The position numbers were made by a program, and so were the translations under genes. Below, one piece after another: positions 14,226 through 15,929 of a stretch of DNA of 15,929 nucleotides. Source of the DNA: Pseudomonadota bacterium (GTDB lineage Bacteria; Bdellovibrionota; FAC87; UBA2466); NCBI GenBank assembly GCA_043718025.1, contig JAYSWN010000015.1, forward strand, positions 1 to 15,929, in the 5' to 3' direction. How positions within the stretch are numbered: position 1 is the first letter of the stretch; every line of letters begins with the position of its first letter. The notes beneath the pieces are model-generated. The model made no database searches and had not been told where the DNA came from. It saw nothing but the letters and a program-made list of their open reading frames with translations.

Positions 14226-15929
14226 AGCTAGTCATCCGCCGTTTGTTGATTGCTTTGGTCGCGACCCTTGTCGGTGCGGGATTATTTGTTCTGGCGGCGA
14301 TCCAATGGCCGCAAATAATTATCAACGACCAGACCCTTGGCCTAGCTCGGTGGTATTTGAAAGATCGCGGCGTTGCGACCATCCAATGGGATCGAGCCAA
14401 CCTCCGGGCCACCTCGAAATCATTTTGGGTAAAGCACATCACTCTCACTTCGCCCAACCTCTGCTTCTCAGATCTCAAGAGCGAGACTTACGGTTGTTTC
14501 GAAGATTTCTTCTTCGAGGTGGTGGCCGATCTACGAAAAGGCATTCCTGATGAGTTAAAATCACTGCCCGAGTCATTCTCTTTAAACGTGGCTAGCGGCA
14601 TTGCCCAAGTGGCAGGCCATAGAATCAAGGGCCGAGCAAAAGTCGACTACTCCTTTCCCACTTTGTTGAAGATCGATGCCAAAGCTGAGCTAGGCCATAT
14701 TCGGACGGTTTCAATCGTGGCCAAATCGAACGGCACCGAAGAGGAAGGGATGAAATTTAATGCCCGCGTGAATTACGAACAGAAAGCTGAAGGGGCTATT
14801 CCAATAAAAGTTTCTGCCCAACTGACGGGAGTTAAATCACTTCATGGCTTTACCGGCGAGGTCAAAGCCAGCGCGCATAATCTCGCGCCATTTCTTAAGA
14901 AAGTAGAGACCCACGACTGTAAAATATCCGGCACCTCACTTCCCCCTAACGACTTCGCTAAACTCGACTGCCCGTTAAAGATCCGCCTATTCCTACCTAA
15001 AACCACGCAACTACCGGTTGCCAAACTCATTAAACCAGCTGGCCTACGACTCTGGGCCGACGTAAAGCGGGAACGCACGCTAAGTGAGAAACCCATTTCC
15101 GGAAAGGTGGGAATCGAGATTGCTTCCCTTTTGTCGAGCGTTAGCGAAGGCAAAGCCTCGTTAACCGCCGACGTAGCCGGTCTACTTAGCGAATTTCCCA
15201 AGAAATGGCTTTTTGATCTCGAAGGAAATATTCTTATCGCGAACTTTGCGCGCATCGTAAAGTTGCTGGCCAATTCTCCCGCGGAAATTCCGGCACCGTT
15301 TAACTCACTTAGGGGCCCCGTGGAGCTTATTTACCGCGATCGGGTAAAGCTCCCTTTTCAAGAAAATCATTTCCATTTTGCGTTAAACACCCGACTTAAA
15401 TCGCCCACCCAGATCCTTTTCACCACGACCAATGGCAAGTTCAGCCTAGCGACCAACGGCAAAGGTTTTTCTCCTCGTCTTGAAGCGTCCGTTAACTTAG
15501 ACAACGTAACCTTGGTGCTCCCCGCCGTTGAATTTCGCTCCCCCCCCGCCTTTTTGCCCGACGACCGTTTCGAGAATTTGCAAGCGGCCGACAAAAAGGA
15601 AAGGGCCGCTAACTCGTTAAAGTACACCGTTGCCATTACCACCCCTAAAGCGAAACCGATCACCTTGCGAACTCAGGCGGCAAAAGATCCGGTGCCACTA
15701 TTCATCAACATGGTGGTCAAAAACGATGAGCGGCCGGTGGGAAGCATCAAGGTCGCCGCGTTTCCATTAAAGATGCTTAGGCGCGAGGCACGGCTAGAGT
15801 ACTTCCAGATTATTGCCGCCAGCGTAAAGACCGAAACCGAAGTAAAAGGGAAGATTAATTTCTTTTACGCTGACTACACCATCAGCCTATTCATTGATGG
15901 TCTGCTCGACCGCCCCCGCACTAGGGTGA
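14222..15929 (+). CDS. tamB: Translocation/assembly module TamB-like protein, 3'-truncated (absent from the ORF track)
   Basis: TTG 14222 overlaps the tamA stop (TTGA) with GGAGGAG upstream. Hand translation is open to the window end (569 codons): MKLVIRRLLIALVATLVGAGLFVLAAIQWPQ... (TM anchor), beta-rich body, ending ...YADYTISLFIDGLLDRPRTRV, resembling the DUF490 'Y.I.L.V.G....P.I' motif. Confidence 0.8.
   Translation, partial: MKLVIRRLLIALVATLVGAGLFVLAAIQWPQIIINDQTLGLARWYLKDRGVATIQWDRANLRATSKSFWVKHITLTSPNLCFSDLKSETYGCFEDFFFEVVADLRKGIPDELKSLPESFSLNVASGIAQVAGHRIKGRAKVDYSFPTLLKIDAKAELGHIRTVSIVAKSNGTEEEGMKFNARVNYEQKAEGAIPIKVSAQLTGVKSLHGFTGEVKASAHNLAPFLKKVETHDCKISGTSLPPNDFAKLDCPLKIRLFLPKTTQLPVAKLIKPAGLRLWADVKRERTLSEKPISGKVGIEIASLLSSVSEGKASLTADVAGLLSEFPKKWLFDLEGNILIANFARIVKLLANSPAEIPAPFNSLRGPVELIYRDRVKLPFQENHFHFALNTRLKSPTQILFTTTNGKFSLATNGKGFSPRLEASVNLDNVTLVLPAVEFRSPPAFLPDDRFENLQAADKKERAANSLKYTVAITTPKAKPITLRTQAAKDPVPLFINMVVKNDERPVGSIKVAAFPLKMLRREARLEYFQIIAASVKTETEVKGKINFFYADYTISLFIDGLLDRPRTRV

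Noticed and set aside
14176..15663. Small ORF-track calls at 14176-14550, 14203-14478, 14842-15273 and 15367-15663
   Set aside because: Shadow ORFs of the long TamB frame starting at 14222.

Overview
Bacterial chromosomal window with a mostly housekeeping and cell-envelope gene set. The gene styles suggest Bdellovibrionota/Myxococcota-like ('deltaproteobacterial') origin, which is an inference. In order: the 3' part of an FTR1/PbrT-type iron permease (+); a minus-strand run of HrpB helicase, a translationally coupled PHD/EGL-9-like 2OG-Fe(II) oxygenase and an alpha/beta-hydrolase; an AT-rich GtrC-like (GT-C) membrane glycosyltransferase gene; a small secreted protein plus an outer-membrane beta-barrel with a long Pro/Ala/Glu-rich stalk, behind a candidate sigma54 promoter; a stand-alone murF; a small hypothetical; a DoxX protein; and a DUF748/AsmA-like gene divergent from a TamA(Omp85)-TamB pair. 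The TamB ORF is missing from the ORF track because it runs off the window. The most notable structure is a pair of 41-bp direct repeats (5235-5275 and 7060-7100, 37/41 identical) bracketing the glycosyltransferase gene as a 1.8-kb single-gene cassette with no recombinase in view. Two genes (hydrolase, murF) have -35/17 bp/-10 promoters ending 6 nt before the start codon, suggesting leaderless mRNAs. No CRISPR array, tRNA/rRNA or transposase was seen. Family assignments come from motif recognition by eye, not database searches.
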